Below are positions 15,515 through 16,308 of a stretch of 16,308 bases of DNA, piece after piece. This stretch comes from Leptospirales bacterium (GTDB lineage Bacteria; Spirochaetota; Leptospiria; Turneriellales; JAOUFE01). Location: the NCBI GenBank assembly GCA_040326155.1, contig JBEQLE010000086.1, forward strand, positions 1-16,308. The letters run 5' to 3'. The translations under genes and the position numbers were made by a program. Numbering within the stretch: position 1 is the stretch's first letter; each line of letters begins with the position of its first letter. The notes below the pieces were generated by a model. It made no database searches. It was not told the origin of the DNA and saw nothing but the letters and a program-made list of their open reading frames with translations.

Positions 15515-16308
15515 TCAACTTGCTTTTTTACGTTTTCTCGCCGTAGGGTCCAGAAGCTTCTTGCGAATTCTTAAACTGTTCGGTGTAACTTCCAGAATTT
15601 CGTCGATATCCAGCATATCCATCGACTCTTCCAAAGATAGATCTAAAGGTGGAACAAGTTTTAAAGCCTCGTCCGTACCGGAAGCTCTAACGTTCGTCAG
15701 TTTTTTCTCTTTAACAGGATTCACGTCGAGGTCGTTATCGCGTGAATGTAGTCCAATGACCATTCCGGCATAAACATCGACTACGGGGCCTATAAAAAGT
15801 TCGCCACGTTCCTGAATGTTAAACAAAGCGTAGCCGCTGGTTTTACCATTTTCCATGGAAATAAGGGCTCCCGATTTGCGTCCTTCCATTGCACCAGCGT
15901 AAGGCCGGTAATCAAGAAAAATAGAGGAGAAAGTTCCTTCGCCACGAGTTTCGGTTAAAAAGTAAGATCGAAAACCAATGAGTCCGCGAGTGGGTATTTC
16001 ATATTCGACACGAGACATTTCATCAGAAAGTTGGGTAAGCTGAGTCATTAACCCTTTTCTTCGGTTTAACTCTTGAATAATTCTTCCTGAAGCAGTTTCA
16101 GGTAAATCGAGAACCAGGTGTTCATAAGGTTCAAACTTTTGCCCTTCTTCGACTTTCAATATTACTTCAGGTCGAGAAACCCCTACTTCGTATTTTTCAC
16201 GACGCATATTTTCTATCAAAATGGAGAGATGTAATATTCCTCTTCCCGAAACTTTAAATGTATCAGGTGAGCCAGTGTCTTCCACTCTTAACGCAACATT
16301 GTGCTGAA
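15515..16308 (-). CDS. typA: Translational GTPase TypA/BipA, C-terminal part (5'-truncated by window edge)
   Basis: [87 protein letters not shown]. Confidence 0.97.
   Translation of the reverse strand, partial: QHNVALRVEDTGSPDTFKVSGRGILHLSILIENMRREKYEVGVSRPEVILKVEEGQKFEPYEHLVLDLPETASGRIIQELNRRKGLMTQLTQLSDEMSRVEYEIPTRGLIGFRSYFLTETRGEGTFSSIFLDYRPYAGAMEGRKSGALISMENGKTSGYALFNIQERGELFIGPVVDVYAGMVIGLHSRDNDLDVNPVKEKKLTNVRASGTDEALKLVPPLDLSLEESMDMLDIDEILEVTPNSLRIRKKLLDPTARKRKKAS

Overview
AT-rich bacterial chromosomal window; the lineage cannot be fixed from sequence alone, and a spirochaete-like origin is only my impression. The housekeeping backbone runs: 3' part of gcvT, a putative HEPN-like/cold-shock-domain fusion, pgeF(yfiH), a stand-alone HPt protein, two hypotheticals, an exported HEAT-repeat protein, the minus-strand run mdh-yqgE/algH-moeB(rhodanese fusion)-mnmA, ispG, an OprB-type porin, a membrane protein and the 3' part of typA. 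The ~3.8 kb between mdh and ispG (8430-12218) is an accessory island organised around a ~200 bp nested-palindrome repeat built from 9-nt units. Two complete copies (8585-8793, 12004-12199) bracket the island and show a compensatory base-pair change. A third copy appears split (left piece 8809-8838, right piece 10929-11030), with its ~60 bp centre replaced by ~2.1 kb of cargo: a small-protein + PIN toxin pair, a degenerate integron attC-like site, and a HEPN-motif/Zn-ribbon gene broken by one in-frame TAA. This hairpin element that appears to carry cargo is the best candidate for an undescribed system. No transposase or integrase is encoded in the window. A 23-bp tandem repeat of the porin's last codons, with covarying mini-palindromes, is a separate oddity.
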